This document shows, piece after piece, positions 1 to 11,434 of a stretch of DNA of 64,000 nucleotides; within the stretch, counting starts at the first letter, position 1, and the number at the start of each line of letters is the position of its first letter. Source of the DNA: Laetmonice hystrix (Eukaryota). The translations under genes were made by a program, and so were the position numbers. Where the stretch lies: positions 43,524,001-43,588,000 of the forward strand of contig OZ249438.1 of NCBI GenBank assembly GCA_965235115.1, written 5' to 3'. Under the pieces are notes generated by a model, which saw only the letters and a program-made list of their open reading frames with translations, did not search any database and was not told the origin of the DNA.

Positions 1-99
1 AATAGAAGGGTTTTCTGATCTCTTTCGATCGCTAAAGCAAGTGTGACTAGGCCTACATCTGGCAAAGCAGTAGGTCAAGGTCAGTTAATTGTTGCATTG

Positions 100-860
100 T
101 GCCTAATATCGCGCACTCATGTTGTTAGGCCTATATCGCGCAGTGACATGTTCTAATATCGCGCGCGCGGTATTACAACAAAGCTGCTACTGAAGATCCG
201 ACACTTGAATAACGAGGTTTGACTGTATGTCCACTAAAAAAGCCGGATTTTTACGTTATATAATTTAAATGTCCTTAACGAGGAAAATTTTGTGTAGGCC
301 TAAACAACACAACGATTTTTGGTCCAGAAGTAGAAACGATTTTTTTTGGTCCTACAAAAAAATATAAAAATAGGTAAATAACAGATTTTTTTGTGATAAA
401 AAATATAAAACTTATGTAAAACTAACTTGTTTTCGATAGTATTTAGACTAGCAGTACATATATGCTCGAATTCAATATCTTCTACCAAGCTGTTATTTTG
501 CGATGATATAGTAAAGATGTTGCTTAGAGCATAGCCATTTTATAATAGCTTTCTATGATGCGCGATATAAGGACATGCACGCGATATTAGGAACAATGGG
601 TGTCTTAATATCGCGCAGTCACCTTTTAAATTAAAAAATAGGACTTAATTACATAGGTATATCAAATGATCATAATAATTAAATATTAAATCAATTCACA
701 TAGGTGTTATACGTGAATCAGGGCGATGTCTTTTGATGCAAACCTGATATCCTCTCGTTGATTTTAAATATGCCAGCAATGGTCGAAATGACCATGTTTT
801 AAGCACCTAGTATTTACAACCTTGTCCTTATATCGCGCACTAAGTGCGCGATATAAGGCA
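100..860. repeat. Dispersed TATCGCGCA motif cluster (about 8 copies, both orientations), probable DNA-transposon subterminal repeats
   Basis: (t/a)ATATCGCGCA near 104, 131, 153, 606, 828 and its reverse complement near 558, 580, 846; perfect 15-bp stem ccttatatcgcgcac-taa-gtgcgcgatataagg at 826-858. No termini identified. Confidence 0.45.
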
Positions 861-945
861 CATTCCCCCTAGGCCTAGGCCTAGGCTATGCCGGTTTCAC
901 TAAAGTCTAAAGGTAGTTTCGCCGTGAATATGGCCCCGGATGCCG

Positions 946-1133
946 NNNNNNNNNNNNNNNNNNNNNNNNNNNNNNNNNNNNNNNNNNNNNNNNNNNNNNN
1001 NNNNNNNNNNNNNNNNNNNNNNNNNNNNNNNNNNNNNNNNNNNNNNNNNNNNNNNNNNNNNNNNNNNNNNNNNNNNNNNNNNNNNNNNNNNNNNNNNNNN
1101 NNNNNNNNNNNNNNNNNNNNNNNNNNNNNNNNN
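946..1133. other. Assembly gap (188 N)
   Basis: Run of N; ORFs 888..1316, 907..1488 and 940..1149 cross it and are not meaningful. Confidence 0.99.
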
Positions 1134-1274
1134 ACACTATATAGCCTAGAGAGGGCAACACTAACTCAGGCGGGCGTCTTGATCCAGAACGAGAAGGGGC
1201 CCAAGTTAGGGAATGGCCGTGAGGGAATGGCCATCTATTTAAAGCTGAAACTGAATTTGCGCTCTGGTTCACTA

Positions 1275-2133
1275 GGGGAAGGTGGGGTAAAATGGCCACC
1301 TTACGCTTCAGGGTGATTTTTACATAAGTTAATGCACTACGAAGAGGAGCTGACTCCCTGCAATTGAAACATGCGGCAACATAGATGAAGTGAACATGAA
1401 TCCTACAAGCCATTTCCAGGAAAATCTGCCAAGAAATATTTTGCCAAAGTGGGCCATTTTGTCCGATGGGTTGTACAAAATGGCCCACCTATATGGGGTA
1501 AAATTAATATTGCCCCACCTGCCAACTCACATGTTCTGTCAATGTCATACAAGAGGTACGCATGAGAGAGTTGGATTCTTTTATCCTATAAATTAGTTCA
1601 CTAACTGACTTAGGCCTATCAATGGGTACAATCACTCCAGGCTGTCTTGATTGCAAGTGATGACATCTATAGTCTGCAATACTTAGGCCTATCTTAGGTC
1701 AGAGACGTCACTTTTTGACTTCGATCATCTGTCGGGCACTGTATGAACTGACGTCGTCTGCATGGCTTGTTCCAAGACGTAGGGAGTCTACATCACATAG
1801 ACTAACAGTAGGGCCTACATACAGGCCTATAGTCTGTTCGCTCTAAGAAGAGCTCGACCTCGGCCTCATTAAAGCTGTTAGTTCATTTGGGGTAATACAG
1901 AACCACGTGAAATTTGGTCATGTTCTTGAATGACAGGCGGTGATGACTTGTGATAGCCTACACCAACTGTGGGTAGACGACAGAAGGGGGGCAGGTCAGA
2001 GCTTTAATGAGGCCGAGGACAAGCTCTTCTTAGAGCGAACAGACTATAGTCAACGCTAGATGGCAGCAGCTAACAGCTCAGATAATGGGGTGGGCCATAT
2101 GACCCGCATAGGCCATTTTACCCCACCTTCCCC
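1275..2133. mobile_element. Non-autonomous Tc1/mariner-pogo-like element (MITE)
   Basis: Perfect 23-bp TIR ggggaaggtggggtaaaatggcc (1275-1297) / ggccattttaccccaccttcccc (2111-2133), flanked by TA on both sides. Confidence 0.8.
1830..2046. mobile_element. MITE with TAG...CTA termini nested in the 1275-2133 element
   Basis: ~47-bp TIR tagtctgttcgctctaagaagagct...cattaaagct with 2 mismatches; TA on both flanks (1828-1829, 2047-2048). Confidence 0.85.
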
Positions 2134-2340
2134 TACTACTATAGACACTAGGCTATGCCACTGCCATAACCTGGTTTAGACCTATTTTATGCGCTACAGC
2201 TTCGAGGCATAAAGTACCATAAAATATAGACTACGGCAGGAGGTAAGAAAAAAGCTGGTTACGCCGATGCATGGACTTGACCGCCATATCCTTTTACCTC
2301 GATATCGAGCGACGAGCGGCCTCTAGCGGCATGCAGACTA

Positions 2341-2760
2341 CGGTGGCCCATTATGTAGTCGCATGCGTTATTTGCTACTTCAAATGAAATCACTATAGAT
2401 TATTCGGGGTTTCACTTTTAAATATCGACGATTTCGCATCCTTCCACCGTGATGGAAATATTTCAAATAGTTCCACCGCAGTAGAAATATTTCTTGCGTT
2501 TTCATTTCAGTTTCTTAGATTCTCATATAGGCCTAGGCCTAGGCCTAATTGTTCGTGTTTCGATCGTCAGGTAGCCTAATAATGATTTTGTCTTCATAGC
2601 AAGTTTTTCTTTCTTCTCAATTATTATTCATAGCTCGTTCTCCTGTATTTGCCATAAAGGAAAGCTAAAACGTCGATATCTAAAAGTACCCCCCGAATAA
2701 CCTATCGTGTGATTTCCTTGGAAATAGCAAATAATGCATCATATCCCGTATGGGCCACCG
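2341..2760. mobile_element. Tc1/mariner-like MITE, long degenerate TIR
   Basis: TA|cggtggcccat ... atgggccaccg|TA; inverted similarity extends ~90 bp (ttatttgcta, gaaatcac, ttattcgggg, tatcgacg). Confidence 0.75.
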
Positions 2761-3109
2761 TAGTGGACAGAGCGCGGGTATTCCCCGATTGTTTCGGTTT
2801 GCCAGCTGGTATATTATGATGAGCCTTTAGGGCACATAGTCCAGTCAGCAATTTAATCTCAATTATACGACATCATCGCACTGGTTCATAGACCAACAGA
2901 TCAGTCAGCGCGACGGTCGACGACTGCACTATGAAATTTGAGCCTGGTGAAACACAACTATATTTCATTTTACTGTAACTTTTTGAAGACAGAATGAGAT
3001 GCAGTGGCGGGGGTGGGGTGGGATCAAACACACTTGGGCTGCCCCCCCCCCCCCCAAAAAAAAAAACAACAAAAAAAACAAAAAAAAAACAACAACAACA
3101 ACTTTGAAA

Positions 3110-3345
3110 TACTGTGCCACAGGGGCATGCTTCCCTGCATGGCCACAGACGTCATGTTTCCATACTGGGCCACAGGGGCCATGCTTCCATATTGGGCCAC
3201 AGGGGCCATGCTTCCATACTGGGCCACAGGGGCCATGCTTCCATATTGGGCCACAGGGGCCATGCTTTCATACTGGGCCACAGGGGACATGATTCCATAC
3301 TGCACTACAGGGCCATGCTTTCATACTGGGCCACAGGGGACATGC
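3110..3345. repeat. 30-bp minisatellite, ~8 copies
   Basis: Unit actgggccacaggggccatgcttccat(act); explains ORFs 2999..3618. Confidence 0.9.
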
Positions 3346-4959
3346 TTTCACATTTGCACATTATATTCGGTTGTTATAATCCACCAGTATCGTTGCATTA
3401 GTAAAATATGTGTCGTAACTGACTGTTTGGATTGCCAAACTCCCGGAATTGATAAGCATGGCGGTACAAAGCTTTATTATCAGTTATATTATGCAAACTG
3501 TTGGAAATGCCGCGACACGGTGAGACCAACGAGTGAGACGGGCTTTCGACGCCGGCGGACCCACCCAGACATTGCTTGGACACACACAAGAAGGTGGGTA
3601 ACATCTTGTAGAAAATAGAAGGACGTTGACGTATTTATTATGTACATATCTTTATTGTAACATTTATTATTTATTCACCACTAATATTGATGTGTAGAGT
3701 TCCCAGACGCCGGGTGTAGGCTACTTCTTGCCAGGCTTAAGTCTGAGTTTCACGTTTCACTCAAATCTACTCAACTCAGGAATAGCGCCAGATTGGAATG
3801 AAGTGGAGGATTCACAATGGCTAAAAATGCTCTTTGGAACGCCTCTCTAAAAACTTAAGTTTTCTCAAACTTAAGACTACTTAAGTCTGTTCGAGAAACC
3901 CGCCCATGATCTCTGGAGAGGCGGTGTGGCAGATAACGCCAATTAAATTCTAAAACCGCCATCTGGAGAAGGGAGGAGCTGGCTGCCTTCGGGTCGACCA
4001 CTATACTTTATTATACTGTAAAATAAACGCTATAGCAGGCAGATCATAGCCACCTGCCGAACAAGCAGGATCTCACTCTGTTTTCTGGCTGTCGAAAGCC
4101 GCGCATTCAACGCTCCGAATGCACGGTTTTCTTCAATCTGTTAAGTGTATGCCGCTTTTGAATTCGGCCTATAGTAGGCATACTGTATACTGGACGTTTG
4201 AATTTGTGCTAGGCTTCTGTAGCCGCATCCATAATAGGCCTATAGCAGTGGGGGGGGGGGGGGGGTCCATGATTTTGATAAAGCAGGGGGAGGGGGCCAC
4301 CTAAACAACCTCGCTACGTTTGGCATAAGTTGAGTGTCACTGTATTACACACACAATACATGTGTTGTTGATTTATTTAGGCAGATATTTTTTAAAGGGA
4401 AGGCCATGTTAATGAAAGAATACTTATTCCTAGAAGTCATACTTTTAATTTTGTATTCTAGAGGATGGCTAGCCGGTATCCAGATAAGTCGAGACACGGG
4501 AGGAACAGGTATGCCGAAAACTGCTTTCTTACAAATCCAGAACACATTCAATTCTAAAGTCAGGATCTGTGTTTCTAAATAATACTGGGAAAATAATTTG
4601 GTGGTCTTATAGCAGAATGCTACTATCAAATCTGAAATGTAGAAACTAAAATTTAAAAGTGAAAATACATGTAGTTCTAACAGTGACCACTAGGTAACTC
4701 AATTCAACGTGCCACCCTGGCACTTCCACGTGTTATGACAGGAAACGTCGACAGAAATATAATGTATTTGCATGAAACCAATTTCAACTTTTATTTCATA
4801 ATTAAAAACCATTAACAAATTATCAACAGTGACATGAAATGAAGACAATTTAAAAGGCAATAGCAAGAAAGCAACAGAAACTGTAAATATTGACTGTCCC
4901 TCACAGGCTCGTGTCCGGGGGGGGGGAGGTCTGGACCCCCTGCTTCCCCAGAGTATAGT

Positions 4960-5185
4960 TTTCCCGTTACATTTAACAGATTTTACTGTAGTTTGCCATT
5001 CCAGAACGGTTTAATTACCCTTGGTAACACATTTCCCCCTAAAATCTTTTTCTGAATTGGCCCAGATGATGAAACCCTTTAGCAAAATTCCCTCAGTCAC
5101 AGCAGAGGCATTTTTTTCCTGACCATGACACCATATCCCCCTTGTAGCTTTCTTTCTTTTGCGACTATCACTCCTCGATTTCCAG
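4960..5185 (-). mobile_element. Possible decayed CR1-type LINE 3' fragment
   Basis: Minus strand reads E-R-K-L-Q-G, then after a 1-nt slip D-M-V (cf. CR1 EERRLRGDMI), with a later TGGAAT (WN) motif; heavily degenerate. Confidence 0.3.
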
Positions 5186-5242
5186 CACCAGCATGTATCT
5201 GTCATATTTCATAAAAAGTAAAATTTATCTATTACTTCATAG

Positions 5243-8200
5243 GGGGAGACAGTACTCACCAGGCAGAGCTAACAGAGGACAAATGGCAGAAAACCCACGC
5301 CTTGGATATCAACAACTCCAGGGACTGAAAGAGAAAGAGCCTTCGAATATTGCATTTACTCTGGCTAATAGCCGTAATGGTGTCAATGATCATTTCAACA
5401 ATCCTAGGCTGAGTTACGATTTGGTGGACACACTTGTCATTCTTCTTGCAAAAGCACTTCCATGCAAATCAATGCCAGACATACAAATACAACTAATCAA
5501 CACAGTGCGAATATCAGAGTTTGTCAAATTCAGATTACCTCAACGTCTGAGTGATCTAGCGATTCGTTGTGAGAGTGACACCAAGGTTCAGCAAATACTA
5601 AAGGGAACGATTCAGATAATAAAAAACATCCTTGAAATAATGCCGCATGCACTGCAGAATGTACAGCATTGTCTTCAAGTGCTGAACAGACCACGCTTCA
5701 GGATGTGCCCAAGCTCTCAGGATCTGGATCATTTACTTTACCAAGTAAATCATATCATCCATTCTGGAGAGCATAAAGCACGTCAGGATATTCCCACTAA
5801 TTTTCGTGACATGGACATTTTCCCAACCATGCATGATTTGGAGTTCGATGAGAGGCCCTTCCTTAGGGTTAACAAGACAAAGGGTAGGTATGTAAACTTG
5901 GATCACTACCTAGACGTACAGTTTCGTCTGCTACGAGAAGACTTCGTGCGACCTCTTCGTGAAGGTATTAACTGGTACAAGAACAAAGAAGCTGACCGAG
6001 GTCAACAGCAGAACATCAGATTGTACAGAGATGTCGAGATCCTCTACCCATGTTGTACTCGGCACGGGATTGCGCACGTCATACGCTTCAACACTAAACA
6101 CTTCCGTCATGTTGCATGGGAAGCCTCTCAGCGTCTGATCTATGGCTCACTAGTTTGCCTCTCAGATGATGGTTTCCAAACCATGATTCTGGGAACTGTG
6201 GTCGACAGAGATTTGAAGTCCTTGAAAAAGGGAGAAATTCAGATCTGCTTTCAGAATTTAGCCTGGTTTCAAACTGGCCAAAGGTTTGTCATGATTGAGA
6301 CTGAAGCTTACTTCGAGTCCTACCGTCATGTACTGAAGGGTCTCCAGAACACTAAAGCAGAAAGATTTCCCTTCCAAAGATACATAATTGAGTGTAAAAG
6401 ACAAGTGATGCCTCCACGGTATATGAAAGGAAAGACAATTGATTTCTCATGCCTTATCGAGAAGAAAACGCCGTCCTCTGTAGACGTTAAAGTACTCGAC
6501 AAGAGCAAATGGCCAAGTGCCCAAACAATGAAGGTAGACGAGTCACAACATGCAGCTTTACAAGCTGCACTGACACAGGAGGTGTCAATCATTCAAGGCC
6601 CTCCAGGAACCGGGAAAACGTATATAGGTCTCAAGATTGTCAAGTTGCTCCTTGAGAACGAAGTGTGGGACCCCATACTTGTTGTGTGTTACACGAACCA
6701 TGCACTTGATCAGTTTTTGGAAGGTATACATGCCATTCTGCCAGAAGAACCTGTACGTGTTGGGGGCAGAAGCAAAAGACAACTTGTACGTGATGGCCAC
6801 AGAGGCCGAAAAAAACTTGTACGTGTTGGGGGTAGAAGCAAAAGTGACATCTTGAGCAGTTGCACCTTGAAAGCAATTAAAGAGGGAAAGCGTTCCTGTC
6901 CAGTTCAAATAGCCGTTGCCGTAGGTGAAATTGAAGAGTTAAAAAAAATTCTTGAAAAAGACATGGCTCATCTGGCAGTGACGGGAAAACACATATTGAA
7001 GGAATCACTCCTTTCTCCCTTTATGTCGCTGCACCAGCGGCAGAGCCTCCGTTCTTATGGGGACCTGTACACCTGGCTGATGGAAGGAGATGGCTTCGAA
7101 GGGGAAGAGGAGCAAGGAGAAATTGAAGAACCAGATTATAGCATGGATGAAGATGATAAACGCATTCTTGAAGACGAATTGGAAGACAAGGAACGGCAGC
7201 GGAAAGAATGGAGTAGCTATGTCAATAGCATTGCAGCGAATGATGTAGAATTGCGTCTGCAATCTTGCAACGTACCAGACAATGATGGCTTTCAGGAGCC
7301 AAGAAGTTCACGCAGAAGTGTGGAGAAACATATAGAACATTGCCTACACCATTCCAGTGTAATGGACCAAGAGGTGGCAGAAAGGATCAGGGATGTATGG
7401 GCGCTTCCTATGGATTCACGTTGGGAACTTTATCGTTGGTGGATCTCCAAATACAAGCAACATCTCCTTGACACAATGGATGAAAACATGAGAGTATACG
7501 ACCGAGCAGCAGAACGTCTCAAGGAGGCACGGGAGGCAGAAGACCTTCGAATTATGAAAACCGCAAGAGTGGTGGGCATGACCACAACTGGAGCTGCCCG
7601 CTACCAGAAAATCATTGAGAAACTAAGCCCACGTGTTGTCATCGTGGAGGAGGCGGCAGAAGTTCTTGAAGCCCATATCATCACAACCCTGCCATCAGAT
7701 TGTCAACATCTGATTCTGATTGGCGATCACAAGCAGTTGCGACCAAGTCCATGCGTGTATGAACTTGCAAAGAAGTACCATCTTGATTGTTCGCTGTTTG
7801 AGCGAATGGTAAACAATGATATGCCGTGTGTATGCCTTCAAAATCAGCATAGGATGCGACCAGAGATCTCCGTGCTGATGAGACCTATCTATCCAGAGCT
7901 TCGCGATGACGTGTCGGTCATGGATTATGAGAACATCAGAGGAGTTCAAAAGAATGTGTTTTTTGTGAATCATAAATTCCATGAAAAGAGCATAAAGGAA
8001 GCAAAAAGTAAGACAAATTATCATGAAGCAGAGTATATCACTGCATTGGCCAAGCATTTCCTTCTTCAAGGTTATGATACATCACAGATCACCATCCTTA
8101 CAACATACACTGGGCAATTTCAGGTGATACGGAAAATGATGAAGAAGTCACCAGTGAAGGTATGCACGGTAGACAGCTACCAGGGCGAGGAAAACGATAT

Positions 8201-10340
8201 AATACTCTTGTCACTTGTCAGGAGCAATGAGGATGGAAAGATAGGCTTCTTAAAAGTGGCCAACCGGGTTTGTGTTGCACTTTCAAGGGCAAAGAAAGGC
8301 TTCTTTGTCATTGGAAACATGACGTTCCTGTCAGCTCATTCTGATCTCTGGCGTCAAATGATGACAATTCTTGAGGCGCAAGATTCCACTGGGGAGAGTC
8401 TCCCGTTGATCTGTGAGAATCATCCCAAAAAGGAAGGCATTAGAGCAGCTACTGCGGCTGACTTTCAAAAGGCGCCTGAGGGAGGCTGTCTGGTGCCGTG
8501 TGAGGCAAAGCTAGACTGTGGGCATGTTTGTCAGCTTCTCTGCCATGGATATGATCGGCAACACAAGGAATACAAATGCCAAAAAACATGTGAAAGTGTA
8601 TGCGAACTGAAGCACACATACCGATGGAAATGCTACATGAAAAGTGGCAACTGCATGACTCCTGTTGATAAGGAAATACCATCCTGTCATCACAAGCAAA
8701 TGATTCCATGTTCTGTTGATCCTCAAGAATGGCCATGCACGGAAAACTGTGAGCGGCCTTTGGAATGTGGGCATCAATGTCCCAAATTGTGTGTTCATGA
8801 CCACAATAAATACAAATGCCAAAAACCATGTGACAGAACGGTATGCGAATGGAAGCACAGGTGTCCAAAGAAATGCTACATGGAATGTGGCAACTGTATG
8901 ACAGGTGTAGAGAAGGAAATACCATCCTGTAACCACAAGCAAATGATTCCATGTTCCGTTGATCCCCAAGAATGGTCCCGCCGCTGCACGGTACTTGTAG
9001 AAAAGAAGATGCCATCTTGTAATCACAAGCAGATGGTTCCATGTTCTCTTGATCCCCAAGAATGGTCATGCATGGCAAACTGTGAGAAGCTGTTTCAATG
9101 TGGACATCAGTGTCCAAAATTGTGTGGTCAGGACCACGAACGACAATGCTCAGTCTTTGTTGACAAGGCCTTGCCGTGTGGTCATAAATTCAAAGTCAAA
9201 TGCCACCTGTCACTTGGTATCTGTAGGAAGAAATGCAGGGCAACCTTACATTGCAGTCACGAATGCCCAGGAAAATGTGGACTCTGCAGAGGAGGGCGTG
9301 TGCATGTGGCATGTAAACAACATTGTGGACGGTTTCTCGTTTGTGGCCACAAGTGTAGGGAACGCTGCTCAGATGTCTGCCCACCATGCCAGCACCCATG
9401 TGAGAATCGCTGCATCCACAGTAAGTGCAGGAAGACTTGTGGAGAACCCTGTGACCCCTGTAGAGAACCTTGCACGTGGTCGTGTCCACATTTTAAGTGC
9501 ACAAATATGTGCTTTCAACCGTGCAATAGACCCCCATGTTCAAAGCCATGCAAGAAAACGCTGGAAAAATGTGGCCATCCTTGTATTGGGCTCTGTGGGG
9601 AGCCCTGCCCAACTCTCTGCCGTCAATGTGATGAGGATAAAGTGACTGAGATTTTCTATGACAAAGCAGACGAACCAACCACAAGGTTTGTTCAGTTAGA
9701 GGACTGCAAACATGTGATCGAATCCAAAGCAATGGATAGATACATGGGCATGGTAGATGGAAAGCAACATCAGGACAATAGTATTCAGTTAAAAAAGTGT
9801 CCTAAGTGTAGCACGCCTATTCGTCGGAGCCAAAGGTACAGACAATCCGTCAACAACGCACTGCGGGACATTGAGGCAGTCAAGCGAAAAACAACTGTCA
9901 ATGTGCAAGAGCTGAAATCAAACACGAACAGTGAACTAAAAGAACTAGAGAAAGTTGATGCAGCTACTGCCCTTACCTTGAAAAGGAGTCTCCGTCAATA
10001 TCGGACCAGTAAGGAACTGGAAAACATCCGTTTCCTGTTAGGTTGTGCAAAGGCAATTGCAAACGTCCAGAAAGCAGGGAGAGTAAAAGAAGGGTCGTTA
10101 AAGAAATCTGAAACGGATCTGATGCATCGCCAACTTGAAACACTTGACGACCTGAAGTCTTGGATACTCCAGCAGAGTAGATTTTCTGAGCAACAGTCAA
10201 ATGAATGTGTTCAGGAAATATCCAGGATCCGTCTGATTGTTCAACTGCTCACCATGGTAGCCAAGATGAATGAAGCTCCAAATGATGTGAACTGTGTAAA
10301 ATATTTGTTATTGGCAAATGTTGTCCTCTTTCAAAATTAA
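5243..10340 (+). CDS. ZNFX1: ZNFX1-like NFX1-type zinc finger RNA helicase, main coding exon
   Basis: Open 1715-codon frame. Acceptor ttcatag at 5241-5242, first internal ATG 5283 (MAENPRLGYQQL). Motifs: YLDVQFRLLREDFVRPLREGI, RLIYGSLVCLS, Walker A QGPPGTGKT, Ia VCYTNHALDQF, Walker B VEEAAEV, III LIGDHKQLRP, IV QHRMRPEI, V TVDSYQGEEND, VI NRVCVALSRAK, then CGH-C NF-X1 repeats and DCKH...CPKC. The real 3' donor is uncertain (phase-0 GT at 10257, 10287 or 10296); the last ~13 codons and the TAA lie in an inverted-repeat element. Confidence 0.95.
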
Positions 10341-10402
10341 GCAAAAAAATGATACCTCACCGGGTTACTTCTTTTGTTAAGATGTTACTAATTACTGTTT
10401 AG

Positions 10403-10436
<34 letters not shown>

Positions 10437-10639
10437 ATTTCTATTTGTCATAACGGTCTCCAAGTTATAGAAGTGGTAAACAACAACAACAACAACAAAA
10501 GTTTGATTTTGAACATTTTCACTTTTTGCTCATTTACGCCAGTGAAAATGTTCAAAGTCAAAAATTTTTTTTTTCTCTTTTTATTATTTTTTTTTTATTT
10601 AACCACTTCTATTTGTCATAACACCGTTCTGACAAAAAA

Positions 10640-10671
<32 letters not shown>

Positions 10672-10784
10672 TTGCAAACTCTATTCATTAACATGAAGAA
10701 AATACCAACTTCAAACGCTCCTAACAAAAAAACTAAGCCGGTGAGGTATCATTTTTTTTGCTGAATTTTGAAAGAGGACAACAT
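10318..10784. mobile_element. Non-autonomous inverted-repeat element (MITE-like) at the 3' end of the ZNFX1 main exon
   Basis: atgttgtcctctttcaaaattaagcaaaaaaatgatacctcaccgg (10318-10363) is the near-perfect reverse complement of 10738-10784; interior has poly-T/poly-A and a duplicated accayttctatttgtcataac motif. True termini and TSD not resolved. Confidence 0.7.
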
Positions 10785-11047
10785 ACTCTGTTTATCTGCA
10801 AATTTTAAAAAAAAATCTGTCTCAAACAAATTTTTGGCCTCACACTAGCACTTGTCCTTAATAAGATAGGACATACGGTCTTCTTATTTTTGGTAGTGTG
10901 TTAATGTTGTTGGAATGGACCAAGTTATCTTCTTCAGCAAAAGTGAACTTGGATTATAATGAAAGAAGAAATATAGACTTAATGCCATTCCTAAGTGGAA
11001 ATATGGAGTAAAGATTTAAGTATTGTAAGGATCTTTTTCTTTAACAG

Positions 11048-11150
11048 ATCAAGGAACTCCTTCCAAGTCTAGAATCTACTGAACTAGAGCACCAAACGAT
11101 TGTTCCAGCCATGGGCATGAGAAAGGGAGCCTGGTACAAATGTCCAAAAG
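11048..11150 (+). CDS. ZNFX1: ZNFX1-like exon, first half of the RZ finger
   Basis: Strong acceptor tctttttctttaacag|, donor AAG|gtgagt; phase 0 to 1; IKELLPSLESTELEHQTIVPAMGMRKGAWYKCPK(G) matches the ZNFX1 tail pattern ...IVxAMGxxxGxWYKCPxG. Confidence 0.85.
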
Positions 11151-11434
11151 GTGAGTGAAGTGTGTGGGAGTGGCTCGGTGGAGACCAACCGGTTTGGGAT
11201 TGGTGTGTTACATCGCACTAACTTCTCAGTTGGCTCATATTGTTGATGCAGCCAGTGGCTTTGCAAAATCTAATAAAATATATCGACCTGTTGTTGTTTA
11301 CATCTATCATCTTGGACTTAAAATCTCGATACCTAACACTTACGCGGTTCAAATATACATGTATAGTCGAAGGAAGAAGTTTAGTTTTGCTAACAATGAA
11401 ATATGTCTAAACGATAATTTGAACAACGTTCTAG

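Noticed and set aside
4640-4670. IRF/ISRE-like aaaagtgaaaat upstream of ZNFX1
   Set aside because: A single half-match in AT-rich DNA, and the true TSS is unknown; expected by chance.
5193-5242. ORF-track start codon for ZNFX1 (MYLSYFIKSKIYLLLH)
   Set aside because: AT-rich and ends in a pyrimidine tract plus AG, so it reads as intron; coding likely starts at the 5243 acceptor or the ATG at 5283.
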